This document shows positions 1 through 10,282 of a stretch of DNA of 64,000 bases, piece by piece (position 1 is the first letter of the stretch; every line of letters begins with the position of its first letter). The notes beneath the pieces are model-generated. The model saw only the letters and a list, made by a program, of their open reading frames with translations. It was not told the DNA's origin and ran no database searches. Source of the stretch: an uncultured virus (IMG/VR IMGVR_UViG_3300037166_000075) (taxonomy: Duplodnaviria; Heunggongvirae; Uroviricota; Caudoviricetes); the IMG/VR virus record IMGVR_UViG_3300037166_000075, one strand, 5' to 3'. The position numbers and the translations under genes are program-made.

Positions 1-278
1 CCCGCCGATATGGACATGGACGTGTTGAGTATCGCCGTCCCCGTCGCGGTCACATAGCCGGACCCGAACGTGACCGACGGCGCCGTCGTGTAGCCAGAGC
101 CGCCGGCCGTGATCTGCGTCGTCGCGATGGACATGCCGAGACCGCTGGCGGACCCGAGCGTGGGCGGCGTAGTGCAGGTGCCGCCCGTCAACAGCGCCGG
201 CTGCGTGGGAACGACCGTATAGTCGATGAGGCCGTAGGTCGGTCCGAACGTCGCGACCGTGCCCCCAGTCCCGATCGT
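1..278 (-). repeat. Start-less variant copy of a C-terminal segment of the 61759-64000 tail-spike gene (direct repeat of 61955-62232)
   Basis: Manual alignment: 270/278 identical, mismatches at 103, 140, 191, 206, 229, 230, 235, 261; runs off the window edge. Confidence 0.9.
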
Positions 279-289
279 ACCGGACTCAT

Positions 290-3103
290 CTAGTTCGGCG
301 GCAGGTTGGCGGCGACATAAGCGGTGAAACCTTGCGCGCCACCATTCCCTGCGTCGATCAAAAGCCCTCCGTAGTAAGTCGGATGGGTGCCATCATAGCC
401 GTAGGTTTTGTAAACAGCGAACGCATCGCCAACCGACAAGGATGCGACCGTGAGTCCAGTTTGGCAGAGGATATACGACGTTGTGTTACCATAGACGCGG
501 CAGACCTGACCGGCGTCTGCCCCCGAGGTCATTTTCATGACCATTCCAGGCATCGCGTTCGAGGCGTTGCTACCACCGAGCCAACTTGCCGTCGTGTAGT
601 TGATCATCGAGCCGGAAGACCCGCTCGCGATCGTCCCTGTCCCGTAGGGAACCGACGGCGACAGCCAATAGCTGCCGCCGAGGGTCGGAACATTCGAGAC
701 GTTTACTTCAAGGGTCGCGGCAAGGTCGAAGATGCCGGCGAAATGCCCGGTCGGCACTCCACCGCTCGTCACGGGAGCCCCCGCCAGCCATTGCGCGCCG
801 GCCCGCAGCCAAGCGTTGTAGGCTTGGCGCGAGCTTTCCAGGCTGCTGGGCGTGAAATTGGCCGGTACGATCATGTCGTCAGTCGACAACCCGCGCGGCA
901 GCATCGTGGTGACGATGACCTTTTTGCCCAGCGCCGACTCCGCCGCGGCGAACGTTTCAAGATTCGCGGCCACGGTCTGCCGAGACAGAGTTGCGACGTA
1001 GAGATCATTCGTCGATAGATCGGTAACGACAGTATCACAGAAGTCCATCATCCGCAGCCGCATCGCCCCGCCGGGGAAACCGCCGCCGGTAAACGACTGC
1101 ATTTCAGCCGAGGGGAGGCTGAAGTTCAAAATATTGTAGGTGCCAAGATGGAAGGCGGCGGCGAACCAGTTCTCGCCCCGCGGATCGGTCGTATTGACGG
1201 TCGGGATGTCGGCGGTCTGGCTGATGACTCCGGTGCCGGCCTGGATACTGTCCCCGGCCCCGCAGTAGCCGATGGAAGCCGCGTCGTTCCCAAGCACGAT
1301 CGGAAGGCTGGTGTAACAAGTGTTCAAGCCCGCGATTGGCATCGCGCCTGTTCCGACCACTGCGTTGGCCTGAGTCCCGCCGCAGGAAGATCCGGTGCCG
1401 GAGAACCCGGTCGGCAAGTTTCCATTGTAGCTATAGGTGGCCGCGGCCGGAGGCGTGGCGCCCGCGGTCGTGCCGACGGCGCCGGTGTCGATATAGACAA
1501 GGCCGGGCGCCGGAAGCGTCGCCAGGTAGGTCTCCGCGCCCGTTGTGGTCGAGCGGTAGATTTTGATGCCACCCGCGCAGCCTAGCGGGTCCGCCGTGGC
1601 CGTAGCGGTCAGCGTGACGGATGACGTCGCACCCGTCGTCGTAACGGATTGCTCGGCAGTCGGCCCGCTCTCCACTCCGGCCCCAAGGCCAGGAACGAGG
1701 CACGTTTCCTTATAGTAATATGTTGCAGCGGCGAGCGTCCCTCCCGTCGTTAATCCAGCGGCAGCAAGGGCGGCTGGAGGCGCGGCGACATAGGTTCCAA
1801 ACCGAATGGCGAACTGCGTGCCAGCGGGGATAATAACGCCCAGCTTGTCGGTCAGTTGACCGGTCCCGACTGTCGCGGACCACATAGTGCGAGAGCCGCG
1901 CAGTGTAAAACACGGCTGGTTCGTGTTGGCCACGCCGAGCGGATATTCCACACAACCAAGATACGCGACAGGGTTCGGCTGCGCGATTTCCACGCCGCCG
2001 GCACTGGCGGCGGTCTGCTCGGGCAGGAACAGTTGGAGCAGCGATATCGGTCCCCGCGTCGTCACCAAGGCGCGGATGGACTCGCCGTAAATCGGCGGCG
2101 TGCTGTAGGTGCCCTCCAATGCCGTAACCCAACTGCTCAGTCCCACGGGCTTGGGGCTGAGCAGGCCATTCCGCACGGCAAGCGTCGCCAGCGCCTGCCT
2201 CGTCGTGCCGCCAGTGGCGAGAGCGGTCGCGGCGGACACGTCGGTGCCGCTGAGCGAACCGCCGCTCAGTGTCCCGCCGGAGGCCGGGAGCGCCGCATTG
2301 GCGGTCGCGAGAGCGGCCTCAGCAATGCTGGTGACGCCCGGGAGGATGCTTAATGCGTCTGCGGCTTGCAAGAGGGCGTTATTGGCCGTCGCCGCCACGG
2401 TGGCGACGCTTGCCTGCGAGCCCGCGCCCCCGTTTGTCGGCGTGACGACGGCGGCGGACACGTCGGTGCCGCTGAGCGAACCGCCGCTCAGTGTCCCGCC
2501 GGAGGCCGGGAGCGCCGCATTGGCCGTGGTTTGCGTGGCCGCCAGAACGCCGCCGTCGCCCACGGTGCCCGTCGTAGTGCCGATCATCGTCGCGGCGATC
2601 TGTGCCGCAGTCGGAGTGCCTGTCAGCCCGGCAACACTCTGCACTGCGCCCGAAGCGGAGAGCGTGCCGTCGCCCGCGATGCTGACATTTGCGCCCTGCT
2701 TGACGCCGCCAAGCACGGAAGATGTGGCCGCAGGAACGCTCAGGATGCCGCTGGACAGCACCAAGCCGGTTCCGGGGGTGATTGCCTGCGCCAGCCCGGC
2801 GGTGCCGCTGGTGCCAAGCAGCGCGCCTGCGGTGGCGGGGAGGGCGGACTGGATTGCGGCGATGCGCGCGGCGGTCTCTGCTGTCAGCGCGCCGCCATCG
2901 GCTACTGTGCCGGCCGTGGTCCCGACATTGAGCGTCGCCGCACCACCCAGATTGAGGCTGGCGCGGGCTTGCGCTTGAGCGGCCGATCCCTGCTGTGCAA
3001 TCTCGCCGAGCCCCCGCTGGATCAGCAGTGGGCCAGCGGTCGGTGCCTGGGCAAGTGCGAGCGTCGGCCACAACGCGGCCAGGATAAGCGCGAGTCTTTT
3101 CAT
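290..3103 (-). CDS. Tail-associated SGNH/GDSL esterase with N-terminal signal peptide, low-complexity stalk and FN3-like module
   Basis: GDSI...TND...DGTHP motifs; MKRLALILAALWPTLALA-Q leader; YYYKETC...IYRS...YIDTG module. Confidence 0.75.
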   Translation of the reverse strand: MKRLALILAALWPTLALAQAPTAGPLLIQRGLGEIAQQGSAAQAQARASLNLGGAATLNVGTTAGTVADGGALTAETAARIAAIQSALPATAGALLGTSGTAGLAQAITPGTGLVLSSGILSVPAATSSVLGGVKQGANVSIAGDGTLSASGAVQSVAGLTGTPTAAQIAATMIGTTTGTVGDGGVLAATQTTANAALPASGGTLSGGSLSGTDVSAAVVTPTNGGAGSQASVATVAATANNALLQAADALSILPGVTSIAEAALATANAALPASGGTLSGGSLSGTDVSAATALATGGTTRQALATLAVRNGLLSPKPVGLSSWVTALEGTYSTPPIYGESIRALVTTRGPISLLQLFLPEQTAASAGGVEIAQPNPVAYLGCVEYPLGVANTNQPCFTLRGSRTMWSATVGTGQLTDKLGVIIPAGTQFAIRFGTYVAAPPAALAAAGLTTGGTLAAATYYYKETCLVPGLGAGVESGPTAEQSVTTTGATSSVTLTATATADPLGCAGGIKIYRSTTTGAETYLATLPAPGLVYIDTGAVGTTAGATPPAAATYSYNGNLPTGFSGTGSSCGGTQANAVVGTGAMPIAGLNTCYTSLPIVLGNDAASIGYCGAGDSIQAGTGVISQTADIPTVNTTDPRGENWFAAAFHLGTYNILNFSLPSAEMQSFTGGGFPGGAMRLRMMDFCDTVVTDLSTNDLYVATLSRQTVAANLETFAAAESALGKKVIVTTMLPRGLSTDDMIVPANFTPSSLESSRQAYNAWLRAGAQWLAGAPVTSGGVPTGHFAGIFDLAATLEVNVSNVPTLGGSYWLSPSVPYGTGTIASGSSGSMINYTTASWLGGSNASNAMPGMVMKMTSGADAGQVCRVYGNTTSYILCQTGLTVASLSVGDAFAVYKTYGYDGTHPTYYGGLLIDAGNGGAQGFTAYVAANLPPN
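2229..2524. repeat. Exact 74-bp intragenic direct repeat (2229-2302 and 2451-2524)
   Basis: Encodes ANAALPASGGTLSGGSLSGTDVSAA twice. Confidence 0.9.
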
Positions 3104-3130
3104 GATGATGTCCGGAAAGGAGCTACAGAG

Positions 3131-3865
3131 TCAGCCGGCGTACCATTGTGTCTGCGGCGATTGCGTCGTGAAGGAAATCCGGCTGCCGTCCGCGCCGACG
3201 ATGAACGGCACATTGACCCCGAGGTCCTCGATCTGCGCACCCGCCGGCGGATAGATCGGTGCCGCATCGGCGGGGTCCCTGTTCTGCACGATGACTGTTC
3301 CGCTCGCGAACCCCACCGCAGGCAGGATGAATCCCGATCCGCTCGGCACGCTGGCGATGATGTTGGTCTGCGCCAGCAATGGAAGCGCGGTTGCCTGATT
3401 TGTCCCCGTTCCAACCAGTCCCGTGGCGACGCTGGTAGATCCAAACACCGGAACCCCCGTGCAAAACGTTATCGGCATGCCAAAACCGGGATTGGGCGGC
3501 GGCGGGCAAAGCTCCGAAGGGCGGCCGACAGTGAGCCCGAAGTGCCAGGTCCAGACGCGGCCGGACGCCCCCATTGCCGTGACGGCAATCCTGTAGACCC
3601 GCCCTGCAACACCGCCGCCGAACTGCGCCGTGATGACGCTGCCGTTGACGGCGAGATCGAGTGCCGCGAGCTCGCCCGATCCGCTCGGCGCGATGGCGAG
3701 CGAGATTGCGGCGAGGATGTCCCCGACATCGGCGAGTAGTGCCGTGACGTCGATCGAGTAGTCGAGATCGCATCCCGGCTGGGCTGGGGGGAAGATGCCG
3801 TCAAGGCGCTTCCATAGCGGCCTGCTGACCGGCAGCACGATGGTGCGGGCCATTGAAGCGGTCAT
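3131..3865 (-). CDS. Putative fibre-tail adaptor protein
   Basis: LDYSID...GG..G..Y.I.V......GR pattern; ATG overlaps upstream stop (TGATG). Confidence 0.55.
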   Translation of the reverse strand: MTASMARTIVLPVSRPLWKRLDGIFPPAQPGCDLDYSIDVTALLADVGDILAAISLAIAPSGSGELAALDLAVNGSVITAQFGGGVAGRVYRIAVTAMGASGRVWTWHFGLTVGRPSELCPPPPNPGFGMPITFCTGVPVFGSTSVATGLVGTGTNQATALPLLAQTNIIASVPSGSGFILPAVGFASGTVIVQNRDPADAAPIYPPAGAQIEDLGVNVPFIVGADGSRISFTTQSPQTQWYAG

Positions 3866-4440
3866 CAGATCGCCGCCACCTGTTCCGGCCATGTCGGTGT
3901 GCCGCCGCCTTGCAGAACCGCAGCCTGGACGCTGAGGGCGTAGACGAGATCCCGCGATGCCCGGTACAGCGCCACGATCTGCGGTCCGGCGAGCGAGTGG
4001 GCATCGCCGGCGAGATCAGCGACCGGCAATGTGCCGCCGCCACCCGGCAGCCCGAGACCCGCCGCGAAGTCGCGCGCCAGGATGCCGACTTGCTCCACCA
4101 CGGGGGGAGCAAGGGAGTAGACGGCGGAGGCGGCGGGACAGGACCGGCAGGTGATGGTGATGCCGGCCATGGCGCGGCTGGCGAACGCCGCGGCGGCCTG
4201 CTGGATGGGCGTGGGGCCTGATGGCAGCGGAGCCGGAACCGTCTCGCGCGCCACCAGGGCGCCGTCCTGGACGGCCCAGCCGCCGGGTTTCGCCATGTGG
4301 CTGTCCCATTGCTCCGGCGTGACCTCGATCAGGTCGGCCGGCTGCGGCAGGTCGGGATAGCTCAGCGCATCGGTATCGTACCAGCCCGTCACGGGTGCCG
4401 GTTGCGCGGCGGCATGGTCGAAGCGTGCATAGAGGGACAT
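3865..4440 (-). CDS. Tail fibre assembly protein
   Basis: GWYD...P.DLIEVTPEQW motif, directly downstream of the fibre gene. Confidence 0.65.
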   Translation of the reverse strand: MSLYARFDHAAAQPAPVTGWYDTDALSYPDLPQPADLIEVTPEQWDSHMAKPGGWAVQDGALVARETVPAPLPSGPTPIQQAAAAFASRAMAGITITCRSCPAASAVYSLAPPVVEQVGILARDFAAGLGLPGGGGTLPVADLAGDAHSLAGPQIVALYRASRDLVYALSVQAAVLQGGGTPTWPEQVAAI

Positions 4441-4443
4441 CCT

Positions 4444-5016
4444 CTACCACCCTATCGCGAGGAAGGATTGCGTGATCGATCCGCCCGTCCATCCGCTGCC
4501 GGTCCACGATTCGGCCCATCCCTGATAGCCGCTGACCGTTGGATTCGACGCGCCGTGCACCGTCGGGGTGCCTGATCCCCACGAACCCGCCGCCGCCTCT
4601 TCGCAGACGAGTACCTGAAAGCAGCCGTGCGGGAACGTGACCGGGAACGTCACGCTGCTCGGTGCGCCGATATTATTGCAGCCCCACTGGATGATCAGAC
4701 CCGACGGCAGGTACTGCACGCCGGACACGCCAACACTCGCCGGGCCGGTCGTGACACCGAACTGCCCGAGGTTCACGGCTTGGCTGGACTGCGTCGCCGC
4801 CGCGACGGCGAACTGATAGTTCGCGTTGCCAGTCAGCGCCGCCTTGTTGGCATAGAGCCATGCCGTGCGGTTCGCGAGGGCCTGCGCTGCCGCGTTGTCG
4901 ACACCGATGCCGCCGTGCGAGGCGCCCGTCGCCTGCCCTTCGACGAGGTCGGTCTGCAGGATGCCGGGGACCGAGTTGGGCGTGTAGCTGGCGCTGTCGA
5001 TTAGGGTGCCGCTCAT
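4444..5016 (-). CDS. Short tail fibre protein (gp53-like C-terminus)
   Basis: QALANRTAWL and LPSGLIIQWG...FPVTFP...IGW motifs. Confidence 0.75.
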   Translation of the reverse strand: MSGTLIDSASYTPNSVPGILQTDLVEGQATGASHGGIGVDNAAAQALANRTAWLYANKAALTGNANYQFAVAAATQSSQAVNLGQFGVTTGPASVGVSGVQYLPSGLIIQWGCNNIGAPSSVTFPVTFPHGCFQVLVCEEAAAGSWGSGTPTVHGASNPTVSGYQGWAESWTGSGWTGGSITQSFLAIGW

Positions 5017-5026
5017 CGGGTCTGCC

Positions 5027-5671
5027 TCAGTACGTGATCGTGTAGCTGCCCGCGTACGTGGCGGTGCCATTGAAGGTGAATGCCGGGGTCAGGGCATGGG
5101 TCCAAATCGGCACCGGCGCCGTGTGGAGCGCGACACAGGTCCAGACCGTGCCGGTGCCGTCCGTCACGGTACCGCCGACGGTCGTTGGCCAGGTCGGATG
5201 CGCGGATCCGGTGGTGCCGGCTGTCGTGCAGCACTGCACGTTGCCGTTGCTGTCCTTGATGATGGTGCCGACCGCCACGGCAGTGCTCGCCGACCACGCC
5301 GCCGTCACGACCCCGATGGAGATCGGGGTTCCGGTCGCGCCGGTATTCCCGAACAGGCCAAGTTCATTGACCGTTATGCCGGGTACCGCGCCGTAGTCGG
5401 TCGGCGTGATGGCGTAGCTGAACGTCACCGATCCGGCCGAAGGATAGGTGTGACCGGTGACAGCGTTGTAGTACTGCGCCGATCCGCTCAGCGCGGTGTC
5501 GCCCACGGCCGGTGTCGTGGTGCCGGATCCGAAGCCCATCAGGCTGACCGGCTGGCCGGTGACATCGCCGCCGGTGAGATGGGCCGCAGCAACCAGCGCC
5601 GCGTTCACGATGAGGTTGTGGCGGGCACAGATCAGCTTTCCATTCCGGTAGAGACGGAAGGACCCACGCAT
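5027..5671 (-). CDS. Baseplate/tail-collar-like structural protein with inserted Trp-rich module
   Basis: NLIVN...GFGSG...ELGLF pattern; position after the tail I-like gene. Confidence 0.55.
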   Translation of the reverse strand: MRGSFRLYRNGKLICARHNLIVNAALVAAAHLTGGDVTGQPVSLMGFGSGTTTPAVGDTALSGSAQYYNAVTGHTYPSAGSVTFSYAITPTDYGAVPGITVNELGLFGNTGATGTPISIGVVTAAWSASTAVAVGTIIKDSNGNVQCCTTAGTTGSAHPTWPTTVGGTVTDGTGTVWTCVALHTAPVPIWTHALTPAFTFNGTATYAGSYTITY

Positions 5672-5691
5672 CTGTTCTTGCTCCTGTCGGG

Positions 5692-6417
5692 CTATGCGGT
5701 CGGCGTGCCGTTGATGGTGAAGCCGGAGTCCACGATCGCGGGCTGCGTGCCGCCGTGGGTCAGTCCGGTGTGGTAGAAGTGCGCGTTGTGGTACGGCGTC
5801 GTCTTCTTGACGTCGGTGATGGCCTGGATCGGCGCCGTGAAGGTGTCGGTGATCGGGATCGGACTATCGACGCCCGGGGCGCTGAAGGAATCCGCCAGCA
5901 CGATCGCAGGATCGGAAAATGTATCAGTGAACTGCAGGGCATCGAGCCAGCAGCGTTCCGGCTTGAAGAACTTGATGGCACCGATCGCCTGCGCCTGGAC
6001 GGAGGCCGGGATCGCTGCACCGCCACGCGGCATCACGACACGGAACACGGCCCAGCCCTCGTTGTCCGGCCAGGTGGAGCCTCCCCAACTGTCCTGGCCT
6101 TCGAGGATCTCGGCGCCGGAGAACCCCAGGCTCGCCATGATCGTGGTGATGGCGGCGGGTGTCCCCATCTTGGCATGCAGGCCGATCGCCTGCTGGATCA
6201 GCGTCCGCTGATCGCTGGTGCTGGCCAGCAGCGCCCACCACGGCGACGTCATATCGAACTGCCAGGCCAAGAACGGCAGGACCGCGGCCGGCACATTCTT
6301 GATCACGTAGACCAGGATCTGCGTCAGATCGATGCCGGCAAGCCGTGCCCCGATCTGAAGATGCGCCTGGGTCCGGACATCGTTGATGCTGCTCGGCGGG
6401 GTCAGGGTGCCGCTCAT
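5692..6417 (-). CDS. P2 gpI-like baseplate wedge (tail protein I)
   Basis: LPFLAWQF...HAKMGTPAA...KPER motifs. Confidence 0.8.
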   Translation of the reverse strand: MSGTLTPPSSINDVRTQAHLQIGARLAGIDLTQILVYVIKNVPAAVLPFLAWQFDMTSPWWALLASTSDQRTLIQQAIGLHAKMGTPAAITTIMASLGFSGAEILEGQDSWGGSTWPDNEGWAVFRVVMPRGGAAIPASVQAQAIGAIKFFKPERCWLDALQFTDTFSDPAIVLADSFSAPGVDSPIPITDTFTAPIQAITDVKKTTPYHNAHFYHTGLTHGGTQPAIVDSGFTINGTPTA

Positions 6418-6431
6418 CTCGCGTGCCGCGC

Positions 6432-7913
6432 CTAGCCGTACTGCTTTTTGGTGCCGGTGACGAAGGTCAGGTTGATGGCGGTGCAGTTGCACCACTCGCC
6501 GTCGGCGAGCACGATCCTGCCGTCAGATCCGACGGTCGTTCCGCCCAACAGGCCGCCCGGGCCGACGGTATAGCTGACCACCCCGGAGACCGGAGAGACC
6601 GCCGTCAAGACGGTCCCGGCCGGAAGGTTCTGGGCTGCCCCGTTGGTCTGGGCGGTTATGGTAATCGTGGCGGTTTCCGATTCCTGGAATGAGATACTTC
6701 CCGTGCTGGAGCCGCCGGAGCTTAGATTATACAGATTTCCGCTGGCATCCTTCAGAACGGTGCTGAGCGGAAGGGATGTCATGATCGCCGCGACGACGAT
6801 GAGACTTCCCGTTGCGGTGGTATGGGTCACAATGTTGATCGGGGCCACCTCATAGACGCCCGGGACCGACAGCGCAGTGCTCCATTCCGAGGGGACGAGA
6901 TCGTTCGAGATCGAGCTGGCGAGATCAAGGGCAAGCTGTACCGCGGCAGCCTGAGCGCTTGCCTGCGCAGTGGAGGACGCATCGGCGAACAGCGTCACGG
7001 TGGCGGTGACGGTATAGTCGATCTCCGTCACGGCGTACGCCGCCACGGTGTCGCAGAGCGGCCTGACGGTGGTGGGTGCGCATGCCGCCAGCACTTCGGC
7101 CAGCACGGCCGGGGATGCGATCGCGATGCTGTTCGGAGCAGCGGCGGGCTGCTGGAGAACCGGGCCGGTCAGGACATAGATCGCGATCTGCCCGGGCGCC
7201 GGCGTTATCACGTTGGCGTCGATGATCGTTGAATCTGCCGACGCCGCGAAGAACCGGTAGGCGCCCTCGGGGCCGGCCGAACTGTACTTGTTCGGGGACT
7301 GCTGGATCCTGGCCCGGTAGTGATCGTCGGTTTCCGGATCGGACCCGTCCGATGTTGTTGTCGTGTTGGTGATGCCCGCCAGCAGGCTGTTGCCGCCGAT
7401 GATGACGCTGACCTGGCCGGGCAGATAGCCGTTCGCGGTTGATCCAGCAGTCTGGGCCGAAGCCGCGACGGTCAGGACGGTGGTCCCGGCCGGGAACGTG
7501 AGAGCCGCCGAGGTCAGGAAGACCTGCGCGCCGTCGGTCGTTCCGACCTGGCTGTTGGCCGGCAGCGTGTAGGGAACCGTCAGGGCGTTCGCCAGCGTGG
7601 CCTGGAGCGTCGTGGTGGACGGCTGGGCCGCGAGCCGTGGCGTGTCGGTGAGCTGGCCGATATAGTCCAGCACCGGGTAGGACGCGAAGGCCAAGAGGTT
7701 CTGCTGGCCCGTGTATTGGATGGCGTTCCGGACCAGTGTCTCCCGGTAGGCATAGAGGTTGATCAGCAGGCGTTCGACCTGGGCCGGGTAGAGGGTCTTG
7801 CCGCTGGCCTGCTCGAACGTCGCGATCATGTCGTTCAGGATCGCGAGCGGATCGAGACCGTCAGAATCGGTCAGGAACGACGGGGCCGGCAGCGTGGTGA
7901 TCGAGGCGCTCAT
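6432..7913 (-). CDS. Baseplate J/gp47-like protein
   Basis: LYPAQVERL, NLLAFA, ETDDHYRARI, AGPEGAY, RPLCD motifs. Confidence 0.9.
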   Translation of the reverse strand: MSASITTLPAPSFLTDSDGLDPLAILNDMIATFEQASGKTLYPAQVERLLINLYAYRETLVRNAIQYTGQQNLLAFASYPVLDYIGQLTDTPRLAAQPSTTTLQATLANALTVPYTLPANSQVGTTDGAQVFLTSAALTFPAGTTVLTVAASAQTAGSTANGYLPGQVSVIIGGNSLLAGITNTTTTSDGSDPETDDHYRARIQQSPNKYSSAGPEGAYRFFAASADSTIIDANVITPAPGQIAIYVLTGPVLQQPAAAPNSIAIASPAVLAEVLAACAPTTVRPLCDTVAAYAVTEIDYTVTATVTLFADASSTAQASAQAAAVQLALDLASSISNDLVPSEWSTALSVPGVYEVAPINIVTHTTATGSLIVVAAIMTSLPLSTVLKDASGNLYNLSSGGSSTGSISFQESETATITITAQTNGAAQNLPAGTVLTAVSPVSGVVSYTVGPGGLLGGTTVGSDGRIVLADGEWCNCTAINLTFVTGTKKQYG

Positions 7914-7931
7914 GCGGGAGTCTCCGCGCGG

Positions 7932-8168
7932 TCAGTGCGCAGGCGCATCGGCGGGCGGGGCTGCGTCAGCCTTCTTCGCTGTGGCCTTGAGCGTATCGTT
8001 CTCGGCCCGGAGCGCAAAGATTTCCGTGCGAAGTTCGACCGTCTCCTGGGTCAACTGCATGACCGTAGCGGCCAGCGCTTGCATCTGCGGAGAGGGGGGC
8101 TGTGGGACGGTTTGCGCCGCCGCGATGACGGGAACGAACAGGATGGACGCGATGATGAAACTACGCAT
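7932..8168 (-). CDS. Small coiled-coil protein with signal peptide
   Basis: MRSFIIASILFVPVIAAA-Q leader, GAGGAG RBS, heptad-like middle. Confidence 0.65.
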   Translation of the reverse strand: MRSFIIASILFVPVIAAAQTVPQPPSPQMQALAATVMQLTQETVELRTEIFALRAENDTLKATAKKADAAPPADAPAH

Positions 8169-8177
8169 GGTGGCTCC

Positions 8178-10280
8178 TCAACAGTGCGTAACAATGCCTT
8201 TGACAGAAGCAAAGCTGGATGTGGGTGTGCCGGAACAGGACACGCCCGCGCTGGTACCGGAGGTGAACGACGCAGAAGTTAGTCCGTTGGGGAAATTGAC
8301 CACTCCCGTCCCCAGAGCGGTAATGCTGAGGTTCGCGTTCGTTGCGGGGGACGCACCGGCACCAACGACGGTTATGCCCGGGGCTGCGCCTGCACTCCCC
8401 ACTATTTCGACGCGGGAGTTGTAGTTAGCGACAGTTGGACCGACCATGAAGCTGGGGCCAGCATATTCCGATGTCGTGAAGGAACTCTCGTCCCACAGGA
8501 TGCCGTTCGACACGGTGAGTTCGGTATCCGTGTTGGATGTCGGGTAGTGGTCGTCCGTTATGAACGCATAGGTCGCCAGTTGCGTGGAGGCCGAAACCGC
8601 ATTCTGCAGATTGAACCAAATGCCTTTGTAGTAGCCAGGTAGCGCGGTGCTTCCCTCATTCGTTATCTCGACGGCGGCAATGGCCTTGCTTACGTTGGGC
8701 CCGATCGTGGACACCTCGATCGAGGCGTCGCCGGGGATGATCCCGCTATGCAAGTTCGTGACGGCCACGACGGCCCCGTGTGCCGCCCCGCTGGTCTGTC
8801 CCGCGATGGTCTGCGCCTGGAACACCCCTCCGAATGATTGGGCGCCGTTGACGCCGTTGACGCCCAGGCCGGCGACGCCGTACCCGTCTCCGCCGGCATT
8901 CGTCACCGTCGTGGCCCCGTAGACGCAGATCCCGCCGGATGCCTGCGGCAGTGTCATTACGCAGCCGTAGCCGGCGACGCCATTCGGGTAGGTCGTGCTG
9001 TTCGGCGAATAGCTGCCCTGTAGGCTGTTTACGAACAGCGTGGCCCCCGCAGAGCCGTTGCCTATCCAATCGGTCAGTATATCGCCACCGTAGCGGGTTC
9101 CGCCTGTATAGGTTCCGCTATTCGTCTCTGCCGTTGACGTCATCGCCAGGGCCTGCACAGACGTCAGGCCAGCCGAGACGGTGACCGTTCCGAGGAACGC
9201 AGCGTTGCCGCCCGCCTCGAACGTGCTGCCGGCGACGAACGGGCTGGCGGCATAGATGGCCGCCGTTCCCTTGGCGGTCAGGTTCAGCTCGACGTTTGTG
9301 TCCGCCCCGATCGCCGCGACTTGCGTGGGCGCTCCGGTAACACTTGGCACCAGCGCCACGCCATTGACCGCGTTGGCGATCGCCTGGATGCTGGCATCAA
9401 GGCCACCGGCCTGGTTCACGAACGAGACGCCACCGTCCTGGAACTGCATGCTGATGGAATTCGCGGCTGTCGCCACGGTACTGGTGATGTTGGGTCCGGC
9501 CACGTCAGAGGCGTCATGCCACTGGATGATGTGGCCCTTGGCGAGCCGCATCGCATACCCAAAGCCGCTGTAGTTGGTGAGCGCGTTGGCGCCGACAATG
9601 ATTCCGGTCTGGAAGCGCGCCCCGTTGTCCTTGATGCCAATCGCCTCAGTGGCATCGGTGACGCCGGCATGCGAGCCGCCGGAGGCCAGCCAGAGGGCGA
9701 TCGTCGAACCATAGACCTCCGGTGAGCCCGGAGACGTGGCCGTGGCCTGCGGGCCGAAATTCACGGCATCGATCTCGCGCCCGAACGCGAGCCCGGAGGA
9801 GCCCGACAGTGTCTGCGCCTCATCGTATCCCGCGTAGACCGAGAGGTGGCGGCCGCTTGCGGCGAACACGTCGTCATTGAACGCGAAACCAGCAGTGCCA
9901 ATCGTAGTCTCCAGCGAGCCGTAGCTGTTGCTGAGCTGCGAGGCCCGGGAGGCTGTCGTCAGGGCGATCTGCCCGTTGGGCGACAGAACGGCGGCATTCG
10001 CGCCGGTCACGGGCCAGGCGAGCTGATAGGCCGACCCGCTGGTCAGCCAGTCCGCGGCATAGAGGTGCGTCGTGCCGCTCACCCCGAGCCCCGTGAACGC
10101 GCCGGCCGCGTTGTAGTCCTGCTTGGACGCCCACGCATGGTCCCACTGCGAGATGGACCATATCGCCCCTTGTGCCGGGGACTGTCCGATGCCGAAGCCG
10201 TTTGTGGGAGCCGGTATTGACTGTGCTGCTGCCGGCAGCGGGCCGATCAGAATCGCGAAAATCGCGAGAAGTTTGCGCAC
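8178..10280 (-). CDS. Beta-rich tail fibre/spike-like protein with signal peptide (700 aa, GTG start)
   Basis: AGGAG RBS then GTG-RKLLAIFAILIGPLPAAA-Q; G/A/T/S-rich; LTAKGT/ITALGTG fibre-like repeats; C-terminal Cys pair. Confidence 0.65.
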   Translation of the reverse strand: MRKLLAIFAILIGPLPAAAQSIPAPTNGFGIGQSPAQGAIWSISQWDHAWASKQDYNAAGAFTGLGVSGTTHLYAADWLTSGSAYQLAWPVTGANAAVLSPNGQIALTTASRASQLSNSYGSLETTIGTAGFAFNDDVFAASGRHLSVYAGYDEAQTLSGSSGLAFGREIDAVNFGPQATATSPGSPEVYGSTIALWLASGGSHAGVTDATEAIGIKDNGARFQTGIIVGANALTNYSGFGYAMRLAKGHIIQWHDASDVAGPNITSTVATAANSISMQFQDGGVSFVNQAGGLDASIQAIANAVNGVALVPSVTGAPTQVAAIGADTNVELNLTAKGTAAIYAASPFVAGSTFEAGGNAAFLGTVTVSAGLTSVQALAMTSTAETNSGTYTGGTRYGGDILTDWIGNGSAGATLFVNSLQGSYSPNSTTYPNGVAGYGCVMTLPQASGGICVYGATTVTNAGGDGYGVAGLGVNGVNGAQSFGGVFQAQTIAGQTSGAAHGAVVAVTNLHSGIIPGDASIEVSTIGPNVSKAIAAVEITNEGSTALPGYYKGIWFNLQNAVSASTQLATYAFITDDHYPTSNTDTELTVSNGILWDESSFTTSEYAGPSFMVGPTVANYNSRVEIVGSAGAAPGITVVGAGASPATNANLSITALGTGVVNFPNGLTSASFTSGTSAGVSCSGTPTSSFASVKGIVTHC

Positions 10281-10282
10281 GG

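Noticed and set aside
1..278. DGR template/variable repeat pair with 61955-62232
   Set aside because: Substitutions are not adenine-specific in either direction and no reverse transcriptase was seen
265..293. Hammerhead ribozyme-like GATGAGTCC...GGAC on the minus strand (and CTGATGA at 22675)
   Set aside because: The first lacks an exact CUGAUGA core and neither has GAAA after the stem
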